The notes under the pieces: model-generated
The model's database searches: none
What the model saw: the letters and a program-made list of their open reading frames with translations, nothing else
Told to the model about the DNA's origin: nothing
Program-made: the position numbers and the translations under genes
Shown here: piece after piece, positions 20,256-32,757 of the stretch
Layout: the number at the start of each line of letters is the position of its first letter
Position numbering within the stretch: position 1 is the stretch's first letter
Origin: Octopus bimaculoides
Lineage: Eukaryota
Assembly: GCF_001194135.2 (NCBI RefSeq)
Contig: NC_068994.1
Coordinates: forward strand, 12,593,746 to 12,626,543
Length of the DNA stretch: 32,798 nucleotides
Direction: 5' to 3'

Positions 20256-21286
20256 GATGAAAGATTTAATAATAAATTATTACGCAACGCTACAAATTTA
20301 CCAGGTATAAGTGTAGTGGTTCGAAATAATTATCTGCAATGCACAACTGCTGCTTGTTTTATCCACTTTGCAGGGTGAAGAGCACAGTCGACCGTGACAG
20401 GATTTGAACTAAGAACGACGAAACTAAACACTGTAAGGCAATTTATCTGAAAATTTACCATTTTTTTCTACCTCAGAATAAGAGTAATAATTGTTATTAT
20501 TTCTAATGTATGGACAAGATCACACATTTTCTTTCTCTTTTCTATTTCCCGACAATATCCTTGAATGATTCCATCAGTTATCGACAGTACTTGATTGACC
20601 TAGTAATAAGAGAGAACATATGATGCAATGGACCTCGCATTGTCAGAGGCCTCGCGCTAAATACCTTTGAGGACTAAATATTAAATATTTAGTACTAAAT
20701 TGCCTTCAGCTTTCGTGAACGATTGTGTTTAAAGTTGATCTATATTACTCGGAATACTTCTGAGATCTTATATATTTTGTATTAAATATACTTTAAATAT
20801 TTGCAAGCTATCAGTCCAGTGATTCTGTACTTACTCAATTAGGCATACATACACAATTGTGCTGCATCCCGATTTTTACTCATTACTTTCAGAAAAATGA
20901 TTATCTTTAAATGAAATTTTCTGCAAACACCCTTTAGATGGTGCGAATTATGATTATATTGGGAATTTATTGTTTTCGGAGGAGTTTCAGATAGTTCACT
21001 TGATTCGACTTTGTTTCCTCATAACTTACAGATAACATGGGTATTTTTTAAAGAAACTCTCTACAAATACCTTTCAGGTAGTAAAGATTGCGATTTTATC
21101 GGGATTTCATGTGGAAACAAAAAGCAGTGAGCGCGCACACATACATACTGATATATCATGAGTGAGTCGGTGGGGGGGGGGCACATTTGTGTAGGTGTGC
21201 TTCATTACTAGACTACCTTCAGATTTTATGAACCGTTTGATGTTTAAATGATTGCTTGATCATTTCGAGAGCTAATTCTTCTCAAT

Positions 21287-21478
21287 CACTGGTTTTCAAC
21301 TAGGGTTCATGTGACCCTCAGGCTCCATATGACCCTAGTGGGTCCATTGACCCTTTTGGGTCCTTATAAGATTTTGTTGTTAAAGTTTATGTCCAATAAA
21401 TTGGTCTTACTTCTACAAAACACAAAATATTTCAGCAATATCTTTATACAATACCGGATAATATTTAATTATGAAAAT
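21287..21478 (+). mobile_element. hAT-like MITE end (second family)
   Basis: CACTGGTTTTCAAC start. Shares AAGATTTTGTTGTTAAA..CAATAAATTGGT..CACAAAATATTT with 10745-10852 and 24937-25058. Confidence 0.6.
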
Positions 21479-21629
21479 NNNNNNNNNNNNNNNNNNNNNN
21501 NNNNNNNNNNNNNNNNNNNNNNNNNNNNNNNNNNNNNNNNNNNNNNNNNNNNNNNNNNNNNNNNNNNNNNAAGAATCACTATTGTAAATTAAAGAAATTA
21601 CCATAATCAAAATGAATGACAACATTAAA

Positions 21630-21996
21630 TGGTCAGACTTCATTTAGGTTGGATGGGTAAAGGGTAAAGACACCCCTCCCTCGGTTATAAATGTCCATGG
21701 GATTGCACCTAGGAAGATTCCCTCCAAGACACAAGTCTGGGCAAGGTTGTTTATGGAAGACCAGCAGTCGCCCATGCGTACCAGCCTCCCCTCTCCACAC
21801 CACCGATGTTATCCAAGGGAAAGGCAAAGGCCGATACAGCTTGGCACCAATGACATCGCAACTCATTTCTACAGCTGAGTGAACTGAAGCAACGTGAAAT
21901 AAAGTGTCCTACTCAAGAATGCAACACACAGCCCAGTCCGAGAATCAAACTCACTGCCTCATGAGTGTAAGCCCAACGCTCTAACCACTGAACCAT
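21630..21996 (-). mobile_element. tRNA-headed SINE family D
   Basis: The minus strand begins ATGGTTCAGTGGTTAGAGCG (A box) ... GTGAGTTTGATTCTCGG (B box), followed by a GC-rich body. It is the only copy in the window. Confidence 0.7.
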
Positions 21997-22178
21997 TTAT
22001 CATACAATAATTGGGTTGCATTATTACTTTTTCTCAAAGTTGGTGAGCTGGCAGAGTCGTTGTGCATTGGACAAAACACCTAGAGGTATTTCGAGTGACT
22101 CATTCTGAGTTCAAATTCCACTGAGGTTAACTTAGCATTTCATCCTTTCAGAATCAATATAATAAATACCGATTGAGC

Positions 22179-22463
22179 GAGTTTGTTGCCAGTACCGCTG
22201 GACTGGCCCGTGTGCAGGTGGCACGTAAAATACACCATTTCGAACGTGGCCGTTGCCAGTACCTCCTGACTGGCCTTCGTGCCGGTGGCACGTAAAAGCA
22301 CCCACTACACTCTTGGAGTGGTTGGCATTAGGAAGGGCATCCAGCTGTAGAAACTCTGCCAAATCAGATTGGAGCCTGGTGCAGCCTTCTGGTTTCACCA
22401 ATCCTCAGTCAAATCGTTCAACCCATGCTAGCATGGAAAGCGAATGTTAAACGATGATGATGA
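22179..22463 (+). mobile_element. Young RTE-LINE 3' UTR and tail
   Basis: Two subrepeat units, CCATGCTAGCATGG and (GAT)n. Flanked by TGAGC on both sides and inserted next to a family B SINE. Confidence 0.85.
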
Positions 22464-23789
22464 TGAGCTCTACAATCAATGAATTTGAATTCCTCCTTCC
22501 TTCAAAATTACCAGCCATATGCCAAGATGTGAAGCCATTTAAGACAGCAAGCTGGCAGAATTGTTTGCCCACAGAACAAAATGCTTAGTGGCATTTCGTG
22601 TTTTTAATTCTGGTCTCAAATTCCATCAAGGTTGATGAAAATAAGTACCAGTTGCACACTTATATAAGAATTATATTTCTTTTAAAGATTGGTTGCTTGT
22701 CTTGTATCTGAGAATTCAACAGAGAATATAAAGCATGAGGAGTTGTCTCAGTTTGTTACATGTTTTTTTAATTGCCTAATTCTCATTCCCACTGCCTCTT
22801 TTCTTCTCTCTTTCTCTCTTCTGATGAAGAACTAAAGTCCAAAACGTTAAGGCACTGTCTCTTACTATGAAAGCATTAATGGAAATACCCTATTTGTCAA
22901 ACTCTGTCTTTTCTTTGTTGTCCTTTTTTTTTTCTTATTGTTCATTGAATTTATACTATATTTAAGAAAGCAAAGCAGTGAGACTGTCTAAGGCTATAAT
23001 CTCCAATGTTTTTGACTGAGTTTGTAGTGAACTGGATGTCAAATAAAAAACATTACTCACATACTACAAATGGAAAGTTAAAATTTACTAGTGCACCTCA
23101 CATGGAGAATTTAAAAATTAAAAACTGTTTCAGAGTTGAAAATTTCTAAAAATATATATATAAATTCAAATTACGACAAACGTAAATAAACAAACGAAGC
23201 TTGCTTTTAGAAGCATTGAAATGTCTTTTTGGAAAGTTAAAGAAGTGATTTTTTTTTAATTCTCAGTCAAAGCATTGTGACATGTAATCACGGGGATATG
23301 AGTTCGAGTCCACAGCTAGCCACCTACACTTTTCTCTGCAAAATAAGGGTAGTTTATCCTGTTCAGGCTATATTATTAGCATTATTCTGCGATATATATA
23401 TAAAGACTATTGCTTACTTGATTTTTTTCATACTACTTTTGTATAACAAAATTATGAATAGCATAGTCACTTATGTATCATATTTAATGTATGTACATAA
23501 GGGACAGGCAAATTACTGCAGTATTTGTTCAGAGATAACATTTCTTATGGACACAATGTGTTTAAAAACACAATATGTACCAGAGGGAGGTGAAAAATCA
23601 TCTCAGCAGCAACTCGCTAGAATACCAGATGTATTATGACCTTGTTGGGCCTTGTCAGTGATGTGTACTCACAGTCAGCTACATGTGTTGATGATATCTG
23701 TCACCTTTAATACATATGAAACAGGTAATAAAACATTTACTAGTTGACAAATAGCCACCAATCTAAATGACAATCCATACTTCCCATTC

Positions 23790-24110
23790 ACATGGTTCTA
23801 AGTTCAATCCCACTGTGTAGCACCTTGGGAAAGTGTCTTCCACTATAGCCCTGTGGCTAGAGTTGGTAGATGGAAACTGAAAGAAGCCCATAATGTATGT
23901 GTGTGAGTTTGTCTTTGTGTATGTGTTGTTGTTGTGGTTTGTTTACATCCCTTATAACATAGCGGTTTGGCAAATGAGACTGACAGAATAAGTACCAAAC
24001 TTTAAAAAAATAGAGCACTGAGGATCAATATGCTTGACTAAACCCTTCAACATGGTGGCCCAGCATGGCCGCAGTTCAATGACTAAAATAAGTAATAAAA
24101 GATAAAAGAT
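23790..24110 (+). mobile_element. SINE family A (diverged)
   Basis: Same head, core, microsatellite and tail order as 25131-25589. Confidence 0.75.
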
Positions 24111-25130
24111 ACAATTGAAACAGGACTATATTAAAATAGCCATCTACGTATCATACTTAATGTATATATATTGTTGATAGGTAAGTTCAAGATACTGAAG
24201 CATTAATATGAATTTTCTAAAGCTTTAAATTATATTTTTTTCCAAACTGCAATGCATCAGTGTGCTACTGGGTACTATTTCAGGACCATTTGTCCAGGAA
24301 AGCAATAAAATAACATCCATGAAATTGCAACCATTGTGTTAAAGTATCCAAATTTTGCCCTGTTGGAAGATGTAAAATGAGCATTACCAGTTGAACAGTT
24401 GACTATAGAAGTGGTTGTGTTTCCTAATATGATCTATTTTTAGCTAGGTAAACTAGACCAGCAAATGTTAAATCATTTTGTCAGAGATTAACTGAAAATA
24501 CTGGGGAAAAGGTTTAAAAGAGATTAACAAGAAAAAACTGAAATGAAGAAACTGAAGCAAAGTGCTTACAGTAATATATTGTCATTTGAGAAAACAGTTT
24601 AGTTTCAGAGGTATTTGGCTGGTTTTATTTTGTTAATTACAAGAGTCACTACTGCCCGTGTTATTTCTGAGTCTGTATGTCTTCCAAAAGTAGTTTATAC
24701 TCTGTGTTCCATTGCTGGTGTGGCATTGTGTCTCTGGTAAAGTGACTTAGTATTTTATAGCCTTGTCTATATAGCTTTAAATAAATTATCTAAGAAATTA
24801 TGTAAGTCACTGCTATAGGCAACAGATGCACTGGCAATGCTTAGTTACTTTCTTGCAAAGGTTAAAAGCTTGTAACCGTCTGCTCTAACACTATAAAAGC
24901 TAGGGTAAGCACCTTCAGGTCTTGCATACTATACAACAGTGGTTCTTAACCAGGGTCTATCCATATGATCCTTGGGAAGGGGGCCATATAAAATTTTATT
25001 ATTAAAGTTCACCTGCAATAAATTGGTTATATTCCTACAATACACAAAATATTTTTATTTCTTTTATCTTTTTTATTTATTTCAGTCATTAGACTGCGGC
25101 CATGGTGTGGCATTGCCTTGTATTTTTACA

Positions 25131-25303
25131 GGAGTGGCTGTGTGGTAAGTAGCTTGCTTACCAACCACATGGTCATGGGTTCAGTCCCACTGCATGGCAC
25201 CTTGGGCAAGTGTCTTCTACTATAGCCTCAGGCCGACCAAAGCCTTGTGAGTGGATTTGGTAGACGGAAACTGGAAGAAGCCCATCGTATATATGTATAT
25301 ATA

Positions 25304-25390
<87 letters not shown>

Positions 25391-25589
25391 ATATATGTTT
25401 GTCCCCCCAACATCGCTTGACAACCAATGCTGGTGTGTTTACATCCCCGTAACTTAGCGGTTCGGCAAAAGAGACCGATAGAATAAGTACCAGACTTACA
25501 AAGAATAAGTCCTGGGGTCGATTTGCTCGACTAAAGGCGGTGCTCCAGCATGGTCGCAGTCAAATGACTGAAACAAGTAAAAGAGTAAA
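25131..25589 (+). mobile_element. Full-length SINE family A with expanded internal (AT)n(GT)n
   Basis: tRNA-like head GGAGTGGCTGTGTGGTAAG..GGGTTCAGTCCC, CORE-like GGCACCTTGGGCAAGTGTCTT, long (AT)n tract and AAAAGAGTA tail. Confidence 0.9.
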
Positions 25590-25659
25590 TGACACGACCC
25601 CAGTGCTTATTTACTTTTTAAAGCCTGATTCTTATTCTATCAGTCTCTTTGCCGAACTG

Positions 25660-25915
25660 CTAAGCTATGGGGTCATAAACACCAACACTGGCTATCAAGC
25701 AGTGGTGGGAGACAGACACAGACACAAAGACACACATAGAGATATCATATGTATACATACAACAGGCTTCTTTCAGTTTCCATCTACCAAATCCACTCAC
25801 AAGGCTTTGACCTGCCCGAGGCTATAGCAGAAGACATTTGCCCAAGGTGCCAAGCAGTGGGACTGAACCCAGAACTATGTGGTGGGGAAACAAACTTCTT
25901 ATCACACAGCCATGT
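25660..25915 (-). mobile_element. SINE family A (diverged, opposite strand)
   Basis: Reverse-complement match to the family A head and core. Confidence 0.75.
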
Positions 25916-26151
25916 ATACAATTCTTAATAATATGTAATTATAAAAATATAATAGGATTTTCTTAAACATTGAATGGCTATGAGGGTACATCTGAGTAAA
26001 ATAAGAATCAAAGGATTGAGAAACACTGCAATATAGGATATTTTTCAGATTTTAACCCTTTCACATTCAGATTAGTCTGTCAAATGTGATGCTTATTCAT
26101 TCACATTGTTTTGAATTAATCATGCAGTATCTCGCAGTTTCAAGATAATGC

Positions 26152-26541
26152 GTGGAGGCGCAATGGCCCAGTGGTTAGGGCAGCGGACTTGCGGTCATAG
26201 GATCGCGATTTTGATTCCCAGGCCGGGCGTTGTGAGTGTTTATTGAGCGAAAGCACCTAAAAGCTCCACGACGCTCCGGCAGGGCATGGTGGCGAACCCT
26301 GCTGTACTCTTCCACCACAACTTTCTCTCACTCTTACTTCCTGTTTCTGCTGTGCCTGTAATTCAAAGGGTCAGCCTTGTCACACTGTGTCACGCTGAAT
26401 ATCCACGAGAACTACGTTAAGGGTACACGTGTCTGTGGAGTGCTCAGCCACTTGCACGTTAATTTCACGAGCAGGCTGTTCCGTTGATCGGATCAACTGG
26501 AACCCTCGACGTCGTAAGTGATGGAGTGCCAACAACAACAA
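26152..26541 (+). mobile_element. Full-length SINE family C inserted in a piggyBac-like MITE fragment
   Basis: GTGGAGGCGCAATGGCCCAGTGGTTAGG head and (AAC)n tail. Perfect 11-bp TSD CAAGATAATGC at 26141-26151 and 26542-26552. Confidence 0.92.
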
Positions 26542-26609
26542 CAAGATAATGCATGAATAATGGGTGAAAAGGATAGATGGAACATTTGAGAAAGTATTTA
26601 GTAGAACAG

Positions 26610-26930
26610 GCATAACTGTGTGGTAAGAAGATTGCTTCCCAACCACATGGTTCTGGGCTCGGTCCCACTAGGTGACACTTTGAGCAAGTGTCTTCTATTA
26701 CAGTCTCAAGCCGACCCAAATCTTGTGAGTGAATTTGGTAGATGGAAACTGAAATAAGCCTGTAATGTGTGTGTGTGTGTCTGTGCCGTTATGTCTGTGT
26801 TTGTCCACCACCACCACTCAACAACTGGGGATGATTTGTTCAGCTAGAATTCCTCAAGGGTGTGCCCCCCCCCCCCGCACAGCTGCAATATAATGACTGG
26901 AACAAGTAAAAGATAAAAGACAAAAGAAGG
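26610..26930 (+). mobile_element. SINE family A (diverged)
   Basis: CTGTGTGGTAAG head, GAGCAAGTGTCTTCTA core, (GT)n tract and AAGTAAAAGATAAAAGA tail. Confidence 0.7.
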
Positions 26931-28039
26931 AAAAAAAAATCTGATGTCTCTTTTTTCCCAATGTTGGAGACAATGGCTATTGTCATAGTACACTTACATA
27001 CAGAGATGATGTCCTTGAGAGCCAATACCTTTTTCTTTCTTTTTCTCCCCCCCCCCCCATAATCCACCAAAACACTCCTCAATTTAACAGTACTCCAACT
27101 GCTGATTACAGTGGGGAAGCATTCTATTCAGTGATATTCTTCAAATAACTTTGTGAATTAGTTGCAACATGTGGTAGAGATAATAGGATATTACTCACAG
27201 ACTTTTTGGCTAATTGCCCAAAACCCTTTTATTTCAGCCAACTGCAGTTCACTAAAGCTATAGCTGTGAAAATTATCTTTAGAAAAAAAAAAATCATACA
27301 ATTTATCTAATTTTTATCTATATGACTTATGAACAAGCATTAACTGAACTACTCCACATGCTACAATTATTAATGGGCTTTAGGTATTTTCAAAATTTTC
27401 AGACAAAGTTGAGCTATTTTTTTATTTTTAAATTTTCTCTCTGCTAGTTCTCCACATCTAATGGATGCATAAACAAAACACATACAGTAAGTATGTGACT
27501 TTGATAATGTTTACATTATTTGAACTACTGATAATTCAAAATTGAATTTTGTTTTAACTGTGTGGTAATGTTGCACATCAGCAGATAGATTCTACACTGT
27601 TTGCTTATAAGCCTCAGACCAGCAATTGCAATTTGTTCTGAGATGGCTTGAGTACATGATGCCAAAGAGCTGCAAAAACAGTGAAATATTGATATCCATC
27701 ATTCTTGATCACCTGTGGGGCCAGCTGTCTCACCTACTTTGAGGTATTGAGTATTTTTTTAACACTCAGCATTTTAAAGGGGGTTTTTCCACGCTCTGGT
27801 GCTATTTTAGTAAAATAGTTGTTTACCAATTTAGTAGGAGAGGTAACCAATCAAAATACGAAATAAAAGGAGGAAAAGGGGTTGGACTGGACACATCCTA
27901 AGGAAACTTGTTTCCAACACCCAAGAGAGACAGAAGCATAGCGGACCAAAAACAACTCATTGGCTTGGCTACAAGTTCCTGCTTGATGGAGCTGGAGTCA
28001 TTCCAAGTTAGTGGTCCCAGAGGCATCATCATGCATAGA

Positions 28040-28260
28040 GCCAACCAGGTCCACCAGTGCCAGCCTCTTTGCATCCTCCTACGTGACGTTGAGCCTCTGG
28101 AGATCTTCCCCAATCACATCCAGCTGGCGTCATGGACTCCCTGTGGAAGCCCCTCTGGCGCCACTGCTCTATCTCTCAGAAGATGAAGTTCAACACCTAA
28201 AACGCATCGGTCCTCTTCATTCTTCTCTATGGAGCAGAAACAATGATCCTCTCAAAGACC
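28040..28260 (+). mobile_element. Old LINE RT-thumb fragment, RTE-like, from a different lineage
   Basis: The frame from 28126 reads GVMDSLWKPLWRHCSISQKMKFNT*NASVLFILLYGAET, matching the RTE-type IS.KTK..IY...V...LLYGAETW motif with one stop. Confidence 0.7.
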
Positions 28261-28592
28261 CCGGCAAAAACAATGCAGGTTGAGAGAAAATGAAACACTG
28301 ACAGCTGGCTACATCTGGGGATAACTGTAATCCATTGCCAAAGATTAAGACATGAAAATTTCTCGTTAGCGCCCGATGCTCCACATAGGGTTAAAGGAAT
28401 TAATGAATGATTATGACAAGACTGAATTAATGATTATAAAAAAAGAGTTGACTTGGGCGTGATTTGAAATCAGGGTGCAGAGTACTGAGAATTTGAATGT
28501 AGAATACCAAAAAGCATTCTATATGATGCTTTACTGATTCCACCAATTCACCCTCTGAATGTAGACCATAAAATTATAAAAAATACAAAAAT

Positions 28593-28815
28593 GTTGCCAG
28601 TACCGCCTGACTGGCCTTTGTGCGGGTGGCACGTAAAAGCACCCACTACACTCTCAGAGTGGTTGGCGTTAGGAAGGGCATCCAACTGTAGAAACTCTGC
28701 CAGATCAGATTAGAGCCTGGTGTAGCCATCCGGTTTCACCAGTCCTCAGTCAAATCGTCCAACCCATGCTAGCATGGAAAGCGGACGTTAAACGATGACG
28801 ATGATGATGATGATG
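28593..28815 (+). mobile_element. Young RTE-LINE 3' UTR and tail
   Basis: Near-identical to the reverse complement of 11396-11570 and 18198-18400. Confidence 0.88.
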
Positions 28816-28989
28816 TATCAGGAGTTAAGGAAGTTCTGAAGACGAAAATGCTGAAGATAGTAGTGGTGAGATAAAAAAAAAAAGAAATGAAAATATACTG
28901 AAGTCTTAGACTAAAGATAAGGATTATCTAAGGAAATGAGATGGATATAAATATGAAGGGATTTATTAAGATAGATCTGTATGGAAGAA

Positions 28990-30060
28990 TGGATCAAATG
29001 TAAAACACAACCAATACCACCGCTTCAAAACCACCACCACCACCGCCGCCGCCGCTGCCAATAACGTCGACAACAACAACAGCAATAATGATAATAATGG
29101 CAACACTGGTGATGTAGAAGAATGCCAACAATAATGTGGCTAATGGTATGGTGATGGTGGTGATGTCAATGATGTATGATGGCGAGACTAATGACAAAGA
29201 TCACGATTTCGATGAGATGGTGATGGTGACGGTGGTGATGATAATGATGATGATGACAACAATCACAATGACAATGATGATGGTGGTGGTGGAGGATGGA
29301 GGCAGGTGTTGATGGTGGTGGTGGTGGCTGTCATATTTGTCACAGTGATGATGAGGGGGAGGAGAATGGTAGTGGTGGTGGTGGCGAAGGCGGCGTTGAT
29401 GCTGGTGGTAGTGCTGGTTGTCATATTCGTTATAGTGATAGTTATGATGATGATGAGAAGAAGGAGAAAGAGAACGGGGATGATGGTGGTGGTGGTGGTG
29501 GTGGTGATGGAAGAGGCAGAGGAACAGAAGATGTGATGAGATTATGGTGATGAGGATTACAAAAGGTAGTGTTTGATGCAGACGATGATGTATAGGATAA
29601 AGACTATAATTATGACATATTGACAGCCATTGATATTGATGATGACGATGATGACGACGATGATGACAATGATGATGATGAGGAACAGCAGAATACGTTA
29701 AACTCTATTCCACAACATCATTGAGGAGCAGATGTAGAGAATATAATATTGATGATGATGACGTTGATGATGATGATGAGGAGGAGGAGGAGGAGGAGGG
29801 AGAGAATATATCAGAAATAAGGAGAAGAGAGAAAGGAAAAAGACAATATTTGTGTAGGTGATGATGGGGAGGATTGCGACGGCAATGATGATGATGATGA
29901 TGATGACAACAACAATTATGATGGTGATGATGATGATGATGATGATGATAACGATGATAATGATGATGATGATAACAATGATGAAAACAAAACGATGACG
30001 ATGATGATGAGGAGGAGGAGGAGGTGGTGGTGTTGGTGGAGGAGGAGGAGGTATTACTTA
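28990..30060. repeat. About 1.1-kb compound trinucleotide tract (GAT/GGT/GGA/CAA)
   Basis: Cryptically simple sequence. It is the source of the poly-G/D/M/H/S ORF-track entries. Confidence 0.9.
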
Positions 30061-30926
30061 AAGAATTAATTGAGAAGAGATTACACCAGAATAGAAATGA
30101 CTGACAGGACAGACAGACAGACATGGATAGACAGGATACTAGTTATGTAGATGTGGTTGTTGTTATTGTTATTGTTATTTTTGTTTAGCCCCAGGTCAGT
30201 CCTAGTTGAGCACAGACCTGTGAATGAGGTGTTCCAGCCATAGCATATCTGGAACAACATTATCTAGTGTGTATGTGCGTGTTTCTGTGTGTGTGTGTGT
30301 GTGTGTGCCTGTTTGAAGATGTTACTATTTTAAAACGAAGAAGGAACGAGGTTGGCTGTGACATGTCACATAAAAACCTGTTTCCATTGCAAAACAAGCT
30401 CTCTGATGGACACTCCAAGGATTCTGGAAGGGTTTGAGTGAGACTCAGCTGTTATTTTTAACAGGGTGAGCTACCATGTAGAGGTCGTTTTTATTGGATT
30501 ATGAAACACAAAGCCAAAGCACAGTGGTTCCATAGAATCGAACTAACATGTTCACTCATGTTCACTAATGTTCAGGATGATGTCACTAAATGGCAGTATG
30601 GTTAAAAAGTTCACTTCAAAATTACAAGACTTCAGGTTCAATACCACTGCTAGTCACCTTCAGCTTGGGTCTACTTCGTAGCTTCACATTGATGCTGAGT
30701 GCCTTACATGTGAATTTTGGGAAATGTAAACCGTACAGTGTAGTGGCCCATCAGCTGGACTGTGTTTGCAGTTTCGAAGGTTAAAAAATTGAGTCAAGCT
30801 GGTTATATTTGAGAATTACATTAAGAATACACATTGCTGTGGAATATTCAGTCAGTTTGCATTCTAATTTAATGAGTGGGATGACAATTGGATGCTCATC
30901 CTCATAAGTTGAAATTGATGGGAGAG

Positions 30927-30971
<45 letters not shown>

Positions 30972-32509
30972 ATAAATAAATAAAAGGAGGTAAACGCAGG
31001 TGTTATTTAAATTCTTTTACTTCCAGCATATGTTTTGAAGACAACACTGGTATTTTTCCAGAAGGAATAAAATGGTGTAAAACAAAGCAATCTTCTCACC
31101 AGGGAAAGAAATAAACTAAACACATCAATAAGATATTTTAACAGAATGTGATGACTGCGTGTATGATGAAGGGAACGCTATCAAGTNNNNNNNNNNNNNN
31201 NNNNNNNNNNNNNNNNNNNNNNNNNNNNNNNNNNNNNNNNNNNNNNNNNNNNNNNNNNNNNNNNNNNNNNNNNNNNNNNNNNNNNNNNNNNNNNNNNNNN
31301 NNNNNNNNNNNNNNNNNNNNNNNNNNNNNNNNNNNNNNNNNNNNNNNNNNNNNNNNNNNNNNNNNNNNNNNNNNNNNNNNNNNNNNNNNNNNNNNNNNNN
31401 NNNNNNNNNNNNNNNNNNNNNNNNNNNNNNNNNNNNNNNNNNNNNNNNNNNNNNNNNNNNNNNNNNNNNNNNNNNNNNNNNNNNNNNNNNNNNNNNNNNN
31501 NNNNNNNNNNNNNNNNNNNNNNNNNNNNNNNNNNNNNNNNNNNNNNNNNNNNNNNNNNNNNNNNNNNNNNNNNNNNNNNNNNNNNNNNNNNNNNNNNNNN
31601 NNNNNNNNNNNNNNNNNNNNNNNNNNNNNNNNNNNNNNNNNNNNNNNNNNNNNNNNNNNNNNNNNNNNNNNNNNNNNNNNNNNNNNNNNNNNNNNNNNNN
31701 NNNNNNNNNNNNNNNNNNNNNNNNNNNNNNNNNNNNNNNNNNNNNNNNNNNNNNNNNNNNNNNNNNNNNNNNNNNNTATATATATATATATGAATGCAAT
31801 GCATGAGTGTTTAGCCCTGAAAAGCTCTGAAATGATGTATTAAGAAAAAGGAATTTCATTTTTGAAATCTGCATCCCAAAGAGAAAGTTGTCCATAAATA
31901 ATAATGAAAAAAATATAATTTTCTATGAGAAATGACTCAACTTTTAGGCCCACAAATTTCCTATCTCTATTAAGAACAAGACTTGAGGGATAATAAGTGA
32001 GAGAGATAGGGAAGAATAGGTGATGACTGTTGAGACTGGATTAGGCTGAGGAGTGGATAAAGTGAATGGTGGATAAGGGATTAGGACTGAGCAATGATAC
32101 ATGGGGGTGGAGAGTAGCAGAATAATGATGATACAATAAAAGGGAAGAAGAATGAGAAAGAGAGAAAGAACTATGACATTTGGTTGAAGAGTTGAAGAAA
32201 ATGGGGGAAGAGAGAGGCAGGTGTAATGCATGGGAAGAGTGAGAGATGTATGGTGATGGAAAAGGGGAGATAATTTCTTGGTTGGGGAGGAGATGATCAA
32301 TGTAAAATGTGGGTGGAGCGGAGAGTATTAAGGATAAAGAGCATATATCAAGTGAAATGATTGATGATAATGAGAAAGATTAGTAGCATCAAGGAAAAGC
32401 TACAGTTAGAGAGTTGATGGGTGGAGTGGGTGTCTTGAGAAGCAAATTGTACAAAGGCCCCAGTTATGCCTATATACACACACACACGCATTTCCAGAAC
32501 TTTGAAGAG

Positions 32510-32705
32510 AAGGACAAGTTTTCTCAAGAACAGCATATCGCCAGTCACTCTGGTTACTTATCATCTCCTCAGTAAGAGGGTCCTGAGATCAGCCTTCCTC
32601 TTCACCCCATCTCTTCCAATGTTTGCCTCTTCTGCAAGCTTCATTCATATTAAGTGATTGGTATGTCTTTATACAGCTGTCTTCATCCATATGCATCACG
32701 TCATT
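32510..32705 (-). mobile_element. Old RTE-LINE ORF C-terminal fragment
   Basis: The minus strand reads VMHMDEDSCIKT...ADLRTL..TEEM....WRYAVLEKT with frameshifts. Confidence 0.65.
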
Positions 32706-32714
32706 ATTAATATG

Positions 32715-32757
32715 TACGTATATATATACATATATATATGTATATGTATATATGTAC

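Noticed and set aside
20673-20693. Perfect AT palindrome ACTAAATATT-A-AATATTTAGT
   Set aside because: It is short and low in complexity, plausible by chance, and has no supporting context.
26152-26230. tRNA-like heads of SINE families A-D as tRNA genes
   Set aside because: They continue into shared repeat bodies with tails and TSDs and lack a complete acceptor stem.
27448-27486. Plus-strand 39-nt exon-like segment (FSTSNGCINKTHT)
   Set aside because: The splice signals are good, but it is isolated and unrecognisable, and such hits are expected by chance in AT-rich DNA.
901-31895. Long ORF-track entries full of X (3899-4558, 5802-6468, 7708-8398, 9868-10764, 11463-12436, 16396-16989, 31125-31895 and others)
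   Set aside because: These are artefacts of reading through N-gaps. Their real ends translate SINE, LINE-UTR or microsatellite sequence.
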